From NCBI GenBank assembly GCA_037446135.1, contig JBBIJD010000047.1:1-10247 (forward strand): a stretch of 10,247 bases of DNA. Direction: 5' to 3'. This DNA is from Candidatus Fraserbacteria bacterium. GTDB lineage: Bacteria; Bipolaricaulota; Bipolaricaulia; RBG-16-55-9; JANLFV01. Position 1 is the stretch's first letter; each line of letters starts with the position of its first letter. Under the pieces are notes generated by a model that worked only from the letters and a program-made list of their open reading frames with translations, ran no database searches and was not told the origin of the DNA. Of this stretch, positions 1 to 6,265 are shown one piece after another. Position numbers and translations under genes: made by a program.

Positions 1-35
1 GTGCACCGTGGGTTCGAATCCCACCCCCTCCGCCA
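1..35 (+). tRNA. 3' portion of a tRNA, most likely tRNA-Ser (truncated by window edge; anticodon not visible)
   Basis: T-arm GTGGG-TTCGAAT-CCCAC, then acceptor 3' strand CCCCTCC, discriminator G and encoded CCA. This is typical of tRNA-Ser 3' ends. Confidence 0.8.
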
Positions 36-57
36 GGCCTCGTCTGGACCATTAAAC

Positions 58-84
58 CTTGGCCGGCCCAAAGGGCCGGCCAAG
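58..84. terminator. Hairpin between convergent tRNA genes, probable bidirectional terminator
   Basis: Perfect 12-bp inverted repeat CTTGGCCGGCCC-AAA-GGGCCGGCCAAG; followed by GTTTAAT on the minus strand. Confidence 0.65.
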
Positions 85-207
85 ATGAAGGTCGAGCTTT
101 AAGCTCGTGGTGGAGACGAGCGGATTCGAACCGCCGACCTCCTGCGTGCAAGGCAGGCGCTCTCCCAAACTGAGCTACGTCCCCAATGAAGGTCAAGCTG
201 AAGCTTG
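85..207 (-). repeat. Duplicated ~22-nt tRNA trailer (85-107 and 186-207), each with a small hairpin directly after CCA
   Basis: Plus-strand ATGAAGGTCGAGCTTTAAGCTCG versus ATGAAGGTCAAGCTGAAGCTTG, each abutting the TGG (CCA) of a tRNA. Confidence 0.75.
108..184 (-). tRNA. tRNA-Ala(TGC)
   Basis: Reverse complement GGGGACGTAGCTCAGTTTGGGAGAGCGCCTGCCTTGCACGCAGGAGGTCGGCGGTTCGAATCCGCTCGTCTCCACCA: cloverleaf, TGC anticodon, G3:U70 pair, encoded CCA. Confidence 0.97.
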
Positions 208-282
208 TGGTGGGTCTAGGTGGAATCGAACCACCGACCTCTCGCTTATCAGGCGAGCGCTCTACCTCTGAGCTATAGACCC
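208..282 (-). tRNA. tRNA-Ile(GAT)
   Basis: Reverse complement GGGTCTATAGCTCAGAGGTAGAGCGCTCGCCTGATAAGCGAGAGGTCGGTGGTTCGATTCCACCTAGACCCACCA: cloverleaf, GAT anticodon, encoded CCA. Confidence 0.97.
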
Positions 283-294
283 TTTCGCCTGGGT

Positions 295-323
295 ATGATA
301 TCATTCGGGCCGAGGAGTGTCAA
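295..323 (-). promoter_or_regulatory. Sigma70-type promoter for tRNA-Ile/tRNA-Ala
   Basis: Minus strand TTGACA (323-318), 17-nt spacer ending in TGA (extended -10), TATCAT (300-295), 12 nt upstream of mature tRNA-Ile. Confidence 0.85.
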
Positions 324-348
324 GCGCCTTGTCTGTCTGGAGGTGACG

Positions 349-1206
349 ATGCCCGAGCTTCCTGAGGTAGAGATAATAAAAAGAAGCCTAGAGCGGGAGG
401 TGGTGGGGAAGGAGATCACTGGGCTCGAGCTCCGCCGGCCGGGGCTGCTCCAGGATGCGAGCCCGAAGGAGCTGGAAGCCAAGACCATCGGGGCAAAGAT
501 CGCCGGGGTCCGCCGGCGGGCGAAGTATCTCATCTTCGACCTAGATAATCGCTATTCCCTCGTCCTCCACCTCGGCCTGGAGGGGCGGCTCCTCCTGGAG
601 GAGAAGGAGGTGGAGGAGATCGGCTTCATCCTCCACTTCTCCGATGGGGTAAAATTGCACTTCGATGACATTAAGGGTTATGGCCGGCTCTTCCTCAGCC
701 CCACGGCAGGTGTGGAGAGGCTCCCGAGCCTGGCGAAGCTGGGACTGGAGCCGTTCACCCCGAACTACAAGTGGGAGAGCTTCGAGAAGCTGATGCGCAC
801 GAATCAGGAGATCAAGCGCCTCTTGCTGGACCAAGCCAAGATCGCCGGTGTGGGGAACATCTACGCCAGCGAGGTCCTCTACCGCTGCCGGATCCATCCC
901 CGCCAGTTGGCGAACGAGCTGACCTTAAGCGAGGCCCGCTGCCTCTTCGACGAGATCCAGAAGATCATGGAGGAGGCGATCGCTCACCGCGGGAGCTCGG
1001 TCTACCACTACCGGGACATCGACGGGAGCAAGGGGGAGTTCCAGAACTTCCTTAAGGTCTATGGCCGGGCCGGACGGCCCTGCGAGCGGTGCCGGACCCC
1101 GATCGAGGAGATCGACCAGGGCGGGCGGGGGACCTTCTTCTGCCCGAAGTGCCAGCCGCTCAAGGAGCCGGCTCCTGGCTTCGGGATGGACGAGCTCTTC
1201 AGTTAA
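349..1206 (+). CDS. mutM: Formamidopyrimidine-DNA glycosylase/AP lyase (Fpg/MutM), 285 aa
   Basis: N-terminal MPELPEVE, RRAKYL, H2TH motif LLDQAKIAGVGNIYASE, C-terminal zinc finger CERC...RGTFFCPKCQ. SD GGAGGTG at 339-345. The catalytic Pro2 fixes the start at ATG 349, not 220. Confidence 0.95.
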   Translation: MPELPEVEIIKRSLEREVVGKEITGLELRRPGLLQDASPKELEAKTIGAKIAGVRRRAKYLIFDLDNRYSLVLHLGLEGRLLLEEKEVEEIGFILHFSDGVKLHFDDIKGYGRLFLSPTAGVERLPSLAKLGLEPFTPNYKWESFEKLMRTNQEIKRLLLDQAKIAGVGNIYASEVLYRCRIHPRQLANELTLSEARCLFDEIQKIMEEAIAHRGSSVYHYRDIDGSKGEFQNFLKVYGRAGRPCERCRTPIEEIDQGGRGTFFCPKCQPLKEPAPGFGMDELFS

Positions 1207-1223
1207 AGCCTAAAAGAAAGGAC

Positions 1224-1263
1224 CAGAGAGGCCGAGAAGAAGATCTTCTTCTCGGCCCCTCTG
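1224..1263. terminator. Bidirectional intrinsic terminator between mutM and microprotein A
   Basis: 28-nt perfect palindrome GGCCGAGAAGAAGATCTTCTTCTCGGCC (1230-1257) extended by CAGAG/CTCTG. T-rich tails: GTCCTTTCTTTT on minus, CATCTTTCT on plus. Confidence 0.8.
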
Positions 1264-1287
1264 CATCTTTCTACGACCGCCTGCTTA

Positions 1288-1350
1288 TTACTTCCCGGCA
1301 GGCTTCTTCGGTGTCTCCGGCTTCTTCGGCCCCTTCTTCTCCAGGAGCAT
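1288..1350 (-). CDS. Unannotated Lys/Pro-rich microprotein A, 20 aa (MLLEKKGPKKPETPKKPAGK)
   Basis: ATG at 1350, SD GAGGAGGTGA (1365-1356) with 5-nt spacer, tandem TAA TAA stop, own promoter and terminator. Paralog at 9119..9190 with synonymous differences. Confidence 0.8.
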   Translation of the reverse strand: MLLEKKGPKKPETPKKPAGK

Positions 1351-1366
1351 TGCCCTCACCTCCTCA

Positions 1367-1403
1367 CAGGTGCGCTGTTCCCGCTTCGCCATGTTCGCAC
1401 CTG
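1367..1403 (-). promoter_or_regulatory. 5'-UTR stem-loop of microprotein A mRNA
   Basis: CAGGTGCG...CGCACCTG 8-bp stem closing 1 nt before the SD. Confidence 0.55.
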
Positions 1404-1421
1404 CCTACATAGCAAGAGATG

Positions 1422-1450
1422 ATTATAACGCCCCCACCCCGATTTGTCAA
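1422..1450 (-). promoter_or_regulatory. Perfect-consensus sigma70 promoter for microprotein A
   Basis: TTGACA (1450-1445), 17 nt, TATAAT (1427-1422). The -35 box contains the recX TGA stop. Confidence 0.88.
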
Positions 1451-1935
1451 GGCCCTAGGGGAATTGATCCGCCCGTCAGCTCGCGGAGGACCCGAGCGCA
1501 GAGCGAGGCAGGGAAGCCCCGCCGACTGAGGAGGGCAAGTAGCCTCGCCCGTCGCTCTTCCGGCGGGAGGTCGTGATACCTTGCGGACCGCTCCTTTGCC
1601 AGCCCACGCGCGAGCTCCTCTTCATCCAGTCCGGCCTGGGCCAGTGCTTCCTCGATGATCTCGAGTGGGACACCTCGCTCGCCGAGCTCGCGACGAAGCA
1701 AAATCTTCCCGCAGGGCCGGTGCTCTAAGCGGTCGGCGATCCAGAGCTTGGCGAAGAGGGTATCATCGACCAGGCCGGCTCCCTCAGCCCAAGCCAGGGT
1801 TTGCGCGATGGTTTCCGCGGAGTAGCCCCGCCTCCTCAGGCGGTCGAGGGCCTCAGCCCGGCTCCGCGGGCGGTAACGGAGGAGCCGGAGGAGATACCTC
1901 CGTGCCTCTCCGGGCTCGTCTTTACTTCTTGGCAT
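1447..1935 (-). CDS. recX: Regulatory protein RecX, 162 aa
   Basis: [37 protein letters not shown] and C-terminal LSRRGF motifs; directly downstream of recA. Start chosen at ATG 1935, overlapping the recA end. Confidence 0.9.
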   Translation of the reverse strand: MPRSKDEPGEARRYLLRLLRYRPRSRAEALDRLRRRGYSAETIAQTLAWAEGAGLVDDTLFAKLWIADRLEHRPCGKILLRRELGERGVPLEIIEEALAQAGLDEEELARGLAKERSARYHDLPPEERRARLLALLSRRGFPASLCARVLRELTGGSIPLGP

Positions 1936-2995
1936 CGCCGCGCTTGGCCTTCGCCATGAGCGGGGCGGTGGCCTCTTCCTTCGCCTCCTCGAGCTGTGGC
2001 TCCTCGCCCTTGAGGAGCCCGGCCCTCTGGCGGATCTCGCGCTCGATCTCATCGGCCAGGTCCGGGTTTTGGGCCAGAAAGGCCGCGCTATTGCTCACCC
2101 CCTGCCCGAGCTGGACCTCATTGAATGAATACCAAGCCCCGCTCTTCTTCACCACCCCGAACTTCTCTCCGGTGTGGATCAGATCCCGCTCGCGGACGAT
2201 CCCCTTCCCGTAGATGATGTCGAACTGGGCCTCCTTGAAGGGTGGGGCAAGCTTGTTCTTCACCACCTTCACCAGAGTCTCGTTCCCGATCTTCTCATCC
2301 CCCTCTTGGATCGTCCCGATCCGCCGGATATCGATCCGGACGGAGGTATAGAACTTGAGGGCCAGCCCCCCAGTGGTCGTGGTCTGGGGCCCCCACTGGG
2401 TCCCACTGATCACCGAGCGGATCTGGTTGATGAAGACCACGGTGGTCTTCGATTGGGAGATCGCGGCCGCGAGCTTCCGCATCGCCTGGGACATCAAGCG
2501 GGCCTGGAGCCCGACCTGGGCCTCCCCCATCGCCCCAGCGATCTCGGCCTCCGGGACCAAGGCCGCGACGGAGTCGATGACGATGATATCGACCGCCCCG
2601 CTCCGGACCAATTGCTCGGTGATCTCGAGGGCTTGCTCCCCGGAGTTGGGCTGCGAGAGGAGGAGATGGTCTAAGTCGACCCCGATGGCCCGACAATAGC
2701 TCGGATCGAGGGCGTGCTCGGCGTCGATGAAGGCCGCGGTCCCCCCCAGCTTCTGGGCCTCGGCAATCATGTGCAAGGCCAGGGTCGTCTTCCCTCCCGC
2801 CTCGGGGCCGAAGACCTCCACGATCCGCCCCCGAGGGACCCCCCCGATCCCCAGGGCGATGTCCAAGGCGAGCGAGCCGGTGGGGATCGTCTCGACATCG
2901 AGCTTCCCCTCCTCGCCCAACCACATGATTGAGCCCTCACCATACCGCTTCTTGATCTGTTCCAGGACGCTGCCCAAGACCTCTTCCTTCCCCAT
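1922..2995 (-). CDS. recA: Recombinase RecA, 357 aa
   Basis: [85 protein letters not shown] upstream of ATG 2995. Confidence 0.98.
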   Translation of the reverse strand: MGKEEVLGSVLEQIKKRYGEGSIMWLGEEGKLDVETIPTGSLALDIALGIGGVPRGRIVEVFGPEAGGKTTLALHMIAEAQKLGGTAAFIDAEHALDPSYCRAIGVDLDHLLLSQPNSGEQALEITEQLVRSGAVDIIVIDSVAALVPEAEIAGAMGEAQVGLQARLMSQAMRKLAAAISQSKTTVVFINQIRSVISGTQWGPQTTTTGGLALKFYTSVRIDIRRIGTIQEGDEKIGNETLVKVVKNKLAPPFKEAQFDIIYGKGIVRERDLIHTGEKFGVVKKSGAWYSFNEVQLGQGVSNSAAFLAQNPDLADEIEREIRQRAGLLKGEEPQLEEAKEEATAPLMAKAKRGDAKK

Positions 2996-3020
2996 CCTCT
3001 TGGCCTCCTTACCGCTGCTC

Positions 3021-3049
3021 ATGATACTCGATCGGCCCGGCTCGGGCAA
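3021..3049 (-). promoter_or_regulatory. Candidate internal promoter for recA-recX
   Basis: TTGCCC (3049-3044), 17 nt, TATCAT (3026-3021), upstream of the recA SD. Confidence 0.6.
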
Positions 3050-3385
3050 TCACCTCTTGGGGATGAGGCAGAGGAACTTCAAGGTGGTCTTCCCCGTATT
3101 CCGGAGCTGGTGCTCCGCATCGGGCGGGATGAATAGGAATGAGCCGGCCCTGATCGGCTCCTCCTCCCCGCCATCGAGGGCCGTCCCCTCCCCCTCGAGG
3201 ATGAAGATCTCGTGCTCATAGTCATGGCGGTGGCGGGGGCTGTGGCCCCCGGGCGCGATCTCGAAGAGGCGCATATAGAAGTTCGGGGCCCCCTCCCGCT
3301 CGGCGATCAGCCAACGAATCTTTACGCCTTTAGTGCCTTCCAGCTCGACCGGCTCCGCCGGGACCTTGGAGTAATGCTTGATCAT
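3050..3385 (-). CDS. Cupin_2 domain protein, 111 aa
   Basis: Metal-binding motifs PGGHSPRHRHDYEHEIFILEGEG and GSFLFIPPDAEHQLRNTG; ATGA overlap with coaD. Confidence 0.9.
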   Translation of the reverse strand: MIKHYSKVPAEPVELEGTKGVKIRWLIAEREGAPNFYMRLFEIAPGGHSPRHRHDYEHEIFILEGEGTALDGGEEEPIRAGSFLFIPPDAEHQLRNTGKTTLKFLCLIPKR

Positions 3386-3888
3386 CTCCGCTCCTTTCTC
3401 ATCACTTCCCGGAGCTTCCTCGCCAGGGCCTCTTCGACGGCCCGCGGGACGAACCGGCTCACATCCCCGCCGAAACGCTTGATCTCCTTGACCATCGAAG
3501 AAGAGAGGAAGACATACTCCCGACTGGTCATGAGGAAGACGGTCTCGACCCTGGAGTCGAGGTCCCGGTTGGTGAGGGCGATCTGGAACTCATAGTCGAA
3601 GTCGGAGTTCACCCGCAGCCCGCGGATGATCGCCTCGACCTCGAGCTCCTTGGCACACTCGATGAGCAAGCCGTTATAGCTGATCACCTGGATATCGGTC
3701 AGCCCCTCCTCACGGAGGGCCTGCTCGACCAGCTCTTTCCGCTCCGCGAGGGAGAAGAGCGTCTGCTTGTTGGGGTTAGCGAAGACCCCGACGATCAGTT
3801 CATCAAAGAGGCGCCTCGCCCTCCGGGCGATGTCGATGTGACCGTAAGTGATGGGGTCGAATGACCCCGGATAGAGTGCCCGTGGCAT
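3382..3888 (-). CDS. coaD: Phosphopantetheine adenylyltransferase, 168 aa
   Basis: YPGSFDPITYGHIDI, IIRGLR..SDFDYE, LSSSMVKEI. SD AGGAGG spacing favours ATG 3888 (alternative 3891). Confidence 0.96.
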   Translation of the reverse strand: MPRALYPGSFDPITYGHIDIARRARRLFDELIVGVFANPNKQTLFSLAERKELVEQALREEGLTDIQVISYNGLLIECAKELEVEAIIRGLRVNSDFDYEFQIALTNRDLDSRVETVFLMTSREYVFLSSSMVKEIKRFGGDVSRFVPRAVEEALARKLREVMRKERR

Positions 3889-3904
3889 CATCTCCTCCTG
3901 CCCG

Positions 3905-3934
3905 ATGATAATAAAAGCAGGTCTTGAGGGTCAA
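3905..3934 (-). promoter_or_regulatory. Candidate promoter for coaD-cupin(-recA-recX)
   Basis: TTGACC (3934-3929), 18 nt, TATCAT (3910-3905) in an AT-rich patch. Confidence 0.65.
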
Positions 3935-3964
3935 TTGCCCTCCTCTGCCGGTTCAGGAGGCCCG

Positions 3965-3991
3965 AGCCAGCCGCCAAGGGGCGGCTTGGCT
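3965..3991 (-). terminator. GC hairpin right after the SPFH stop (terminator or 3' stabiliser)
   Basis: Plus-strand AGCCA-GCCGCC-AAGG-GGCGGC-T-TGGCT inverted repeat; no clear U-tract. Confidence 0.45.
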
Positions 3992-3993
3992 GC

Positions 3994-4884
3994 CTAGCCC
4001 CTCTCTTCCCCTCCGCCTGCGAAGGCCCCCTTGGCGAAGCCGCTCAACGGCTTGAGGAACTCCGCGAACTCCATGGGGAAGATGAATTTGGTCGCCGGGC
4101 TCGCCCCGAGCGCTTTGAGCGCTTCCAGATATTGGAGCGAGAGGGTCTTGGCATCGACGGTCTTGGCCACTGTGAAGATCTTGTCCAAGGCTAGCGAGAA
4201 CCCTTCGGCCCGGAGGATCGCCGCCTGCCGATCCCCCTCAGCCTTCAGGATCGCGGACTGTTTCTCTCCCTCCGCGACCTTGATCGCCGCCTCACGCTTC
4301 CCGTCCGCCTCGGTGACCATGGCCCGCCGGTTCCGTTCCGCTGACATCTGGCGAGTCATCGCGTCCATGACATCCTTGGGGGGGAGGATCTCGCGGATCT
4401 CGACCGATGTTACTTTCACACCCCAGCGGGCGGTGACCTCATCGAGCTTGGCCCTCAGGACATGGTTGATCTCATCCCGCTTGGCCAGGACATCGTCGAG
4501 GACGATGTCCCCGATGACCGCCCTCAGGGTGGTCGTGGCGATCCCTTGAGAAGCCCCGGCGAAGTTCGCCACCTGGATCACGCTATCCCGGGGGTTGGTC
4601 ACCTTCCAGTAGATCAGGAAGTCGACAGAGATCGGGGCATTGTCCTTAGTGATGCAGGTCTGGGGCTGGATATCGAGGAATTGCTCCCGCAGGTCCACCC
4701 AGACCGGCCGGTCGATAAAGGGGATGAGGAAGACGATCCCTGGCCCTTTATCCTGGGGGAGGGCCCGCCCCAGCCGGAAGACGACCAAGCGCTGATACTC
4801 CCGGACGATCTTGATCGCCATGGAGAGGATGATCAGCGCGAAGAGGGCCACAAAGATGATCAGAATGGCGCTCCCTAGACCCAT
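3994..4884 (-). CDS. SPFH/Band 7 (stomatin/QmcA-like) membrane protein, 296 aa
   Basis: N-terminal TM helix, IVREYQRLVVFRLG, CITKDN, WGVKVTSVEI, QMSAERNRRA, coiled-coil AEGEKQSAILKAEG; paired with nfeD. Confidence 0.95.
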   Translation of the reverse strand: MGLGSAILIIFVALFALIILSMAIKIVREYQRLVVFRLGRALPQDKGPGIVFLIPFIDRPVWVDLREQFLDIQPQTCITKDNAPISVDFLIYWKVTNPRDSVIQVANFAGASQGIATTTLRAVIGDIVLDDVLAKRDEINHVLRAKLDEVTARWGVKVTSVEIREILPPKDVMDAMTRQMSAERNRRAMVTEADGKREAAIKVAEGEKQSAILKAEGDRQAAILRAEGFSLALDKIFTVAKTVDAKTLSLQYLEALKALGASPATKFIFPMEFAEFLKPLSGFAKGAFAGGGEERG

Positions 4885-4886
4885 CT

Positions 4887-6197
4887 CTACCTCCTTTTCA
4901 CCCTTTCTACCTTCACCAAAAGCCCGTCCACCTGGACTATCTTGACCTCCTCGCCCTTCGCGATCGGTGGATCGAGCGCCTCAGCGGTCCACTCCTCTCC
5001 ATCGGCCCAGATGATCCCCCGTGGCGCAAGGTCGGTCACGGCCAGCCCCTGAGCCCCGATCACCCGAGGGAGGCCGCTCATCACCCGGGCGCGGTGGACC
5101 TGGACGACCTTGGCGATCACGAAGATGAAGAAGGCCCCGAAGGCCAGGGTCGTCCCGGCCACGAGCCAGGGGTTGACAGCGAGCTGGGGCATCGCCGGTG
5201 CGGGGACACCGAAGGGTCGGAAGAGCAAGAGCGAGCCGAGGACGAAGGCGATCCCACCGATCACGCTCAGGATGAACCCGCTCACCTTGATGTCGAGGAT
5301 GAAGAGGATCACGGCCAGGATGATCAGAGCCAGGCCGCCCCAGTTCACCGGGAGGCTCCCGAAGGCGATGAAGGCCAAGATCAAGAGGATCGCCCCCACC
5401 AGGCCGGGGAGGATCGCTCCGGGATTGTAGAATTCGGCGATGATCCCCCAGACACCGAGGGTGAAGAGGATGTAAGCGATGTTCGGGTCGATGATCTTGT
5501 GGATGAACCTCTCAGGGAGGCTCATCTCCATCCTCCCGACCTCGGTGCCAGCGGTCTTCAAGACGGCCCTCCCCCAGGCGGTCTCGACCTCCCGGCCATC
5601 GAGCTTCTGAAGAAGCTCGTCGAGATCAGCGGCGATGAGGTCGATCACATTCTGCTCGAGGGCCTCCTGGGCTGTCAGAGAGAGGCTCTTCCTCACGGCA
5701 TCCTCGGCCCACTGGACATTCCGGCCCCGCCGCTCCGCGATCGTCCGGATATAGGATGCAGCCTCGTTCACCACCTTGGTCTCCATCGTCTCGGGCAGCT
5801 CCCCCTCGAGCGAGACAGGATGGGCCGCACCGATGTCGGTAGCCGGGGCCATCGCTGCCACATGGGCGGCCAGGGTGATGAAGACCCCAGCAGAGGCGGC
5901 CCTAGCCCCCTCAGGGGCGACATAGACCACGACGGGGATGCGTGCGCCCATGATCTTCTGGACGATCTCCCGCATCGCTGAGTCGAGCCCCCCGGGGGTG
6001 TCGAGCTGGATGATCAGGCATTGGGCCCCAGCCCGCTCGGCCTCAGCGATCCCTCGGGCGATAAAACGGCTCATAATCGGGTCGATCACCCCTTCAGCCA
6101 CGAGGAGCTCGACCCGCTCCCCCTGGGCCTGGAGGATGAGGGGGATCAACAAGAGGGCCAAGGCCAACAAAGCCGATCGGGCTGATCTCACTCTCAT
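4887..6197 (-). CDS. nfeD: NfeD long form, membrane-bound ClpP-class serine protease (stomatin operon partner), ~436 aa
   Basis: Signal-peptide-like N-terminus, LDTPGG, ARAASAG (Ser), IGAAHPV, KVVN (Lys), multi-TM region, C-terminal OB-fold (G...DGEEWTA). Start at ATG 6197 inferred; TATAAT at 6219-6214. Confidence 0.92.
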   Translation of the reverse strand: MRVRSARSALLALALLLIPLILQAQGERVELLVAEGVIDPIMSRFIARGIAEAERAGAQCLIIQLDTPGGLDSAMREIVQKIMGARIPVVVYVAPEGARAASAGVFITLAAHVAAMAPATDIGAAHPVSLEGELPETMETKVVNEAASYIRTIAERRGRNVQWAEDAVRKSLSLTAQEALEQNVIDLIAADLDELLQKLDGREVETAWGRAVLKTAGTEVGRMEMSLPERFIHKIIDPNIAYILFTLGVWGIIAEFYNPGAILPGLVGAILLILAFIAFGSLPVNWGGLALIILAVILFILDIKVSGFILSVIGGIAFVLGSLLLFRPFGVPAPAMPQLAVNPWLVAGTTLAFGAFFIFVIAKVVQVHRARVMSGLPRVIGAQGLAVTDLAPRGIIWADGEEWTAEALDPPIAKGEEVKIVQVDGLLVKVERVKRR

Positions 6198-6230
6198 CGG
6201 GCTCGCCGATCTAATTATACACAAAAAAGC

Positions 6231-6259
6231 TTGCCTGACTAGCCCTTCCGCTGTAGTCT
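6231..6259 (+). promoter_or_regulatory. Candidate promoter for the radical SAM gene (possibly leaderless transcript)
   Basis: TTGCCT (6231-6236), 17 nt, TAGTCT (6254-6259), then 6 nt to ATG 6266. Confidence 0.5.
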
Positions 6260-6265
6260 GGAGGC

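Noticed and set aside
1..107. tRNA 3' end as a prophage or island attachment site
   Set aside because: No second copy of this 3' end and no integrase in the window; truncation is explained by the window edge.
85..207. Short palindromic repeats as a mini CRISPR array
   Set aside because: Only two imperfect copies, the 'spacer' is a tRNA gene, and no cas genes are present.
220..348. N-terminal 43-aa extension of the mutM ORF in the track
   Set aside because: It overlaps tRNA-Ile on the opposite strand; Fpg requires Pro2 at the N-terminus, and an SD precedes ATG 349.
1285..1290. Selenocysteine or pyrrolysine read-through at the tandem stops aligned with Cys-Cys
   Set aside because: The codons are TAA TAA, not TGA or TAG.
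1288..1350. Microproteins as Lys-sensing attenuator leader peptides or type I toxins
   Set aside because: No co-oriented gene follows either ORF (both meet convergent genes), and there is no hydrophobic helix or evident antisense RNA promoter.
1089..1576. Plus-strand ORFs 1089..1412 and 1370..1576
   Set aside because: No SD or recognisable motifs; they cross a terminator and lie antisense to the better-supported microprotein A unit and recX.
3035..3047. GCCCG-N3-CGGGC inverted repeat in the recA promoter as an SOS box
   Set aside because: Only 5 GC bp, likely by chance; it matches no LexA box I know, and I saw no copy upstream of mutM.
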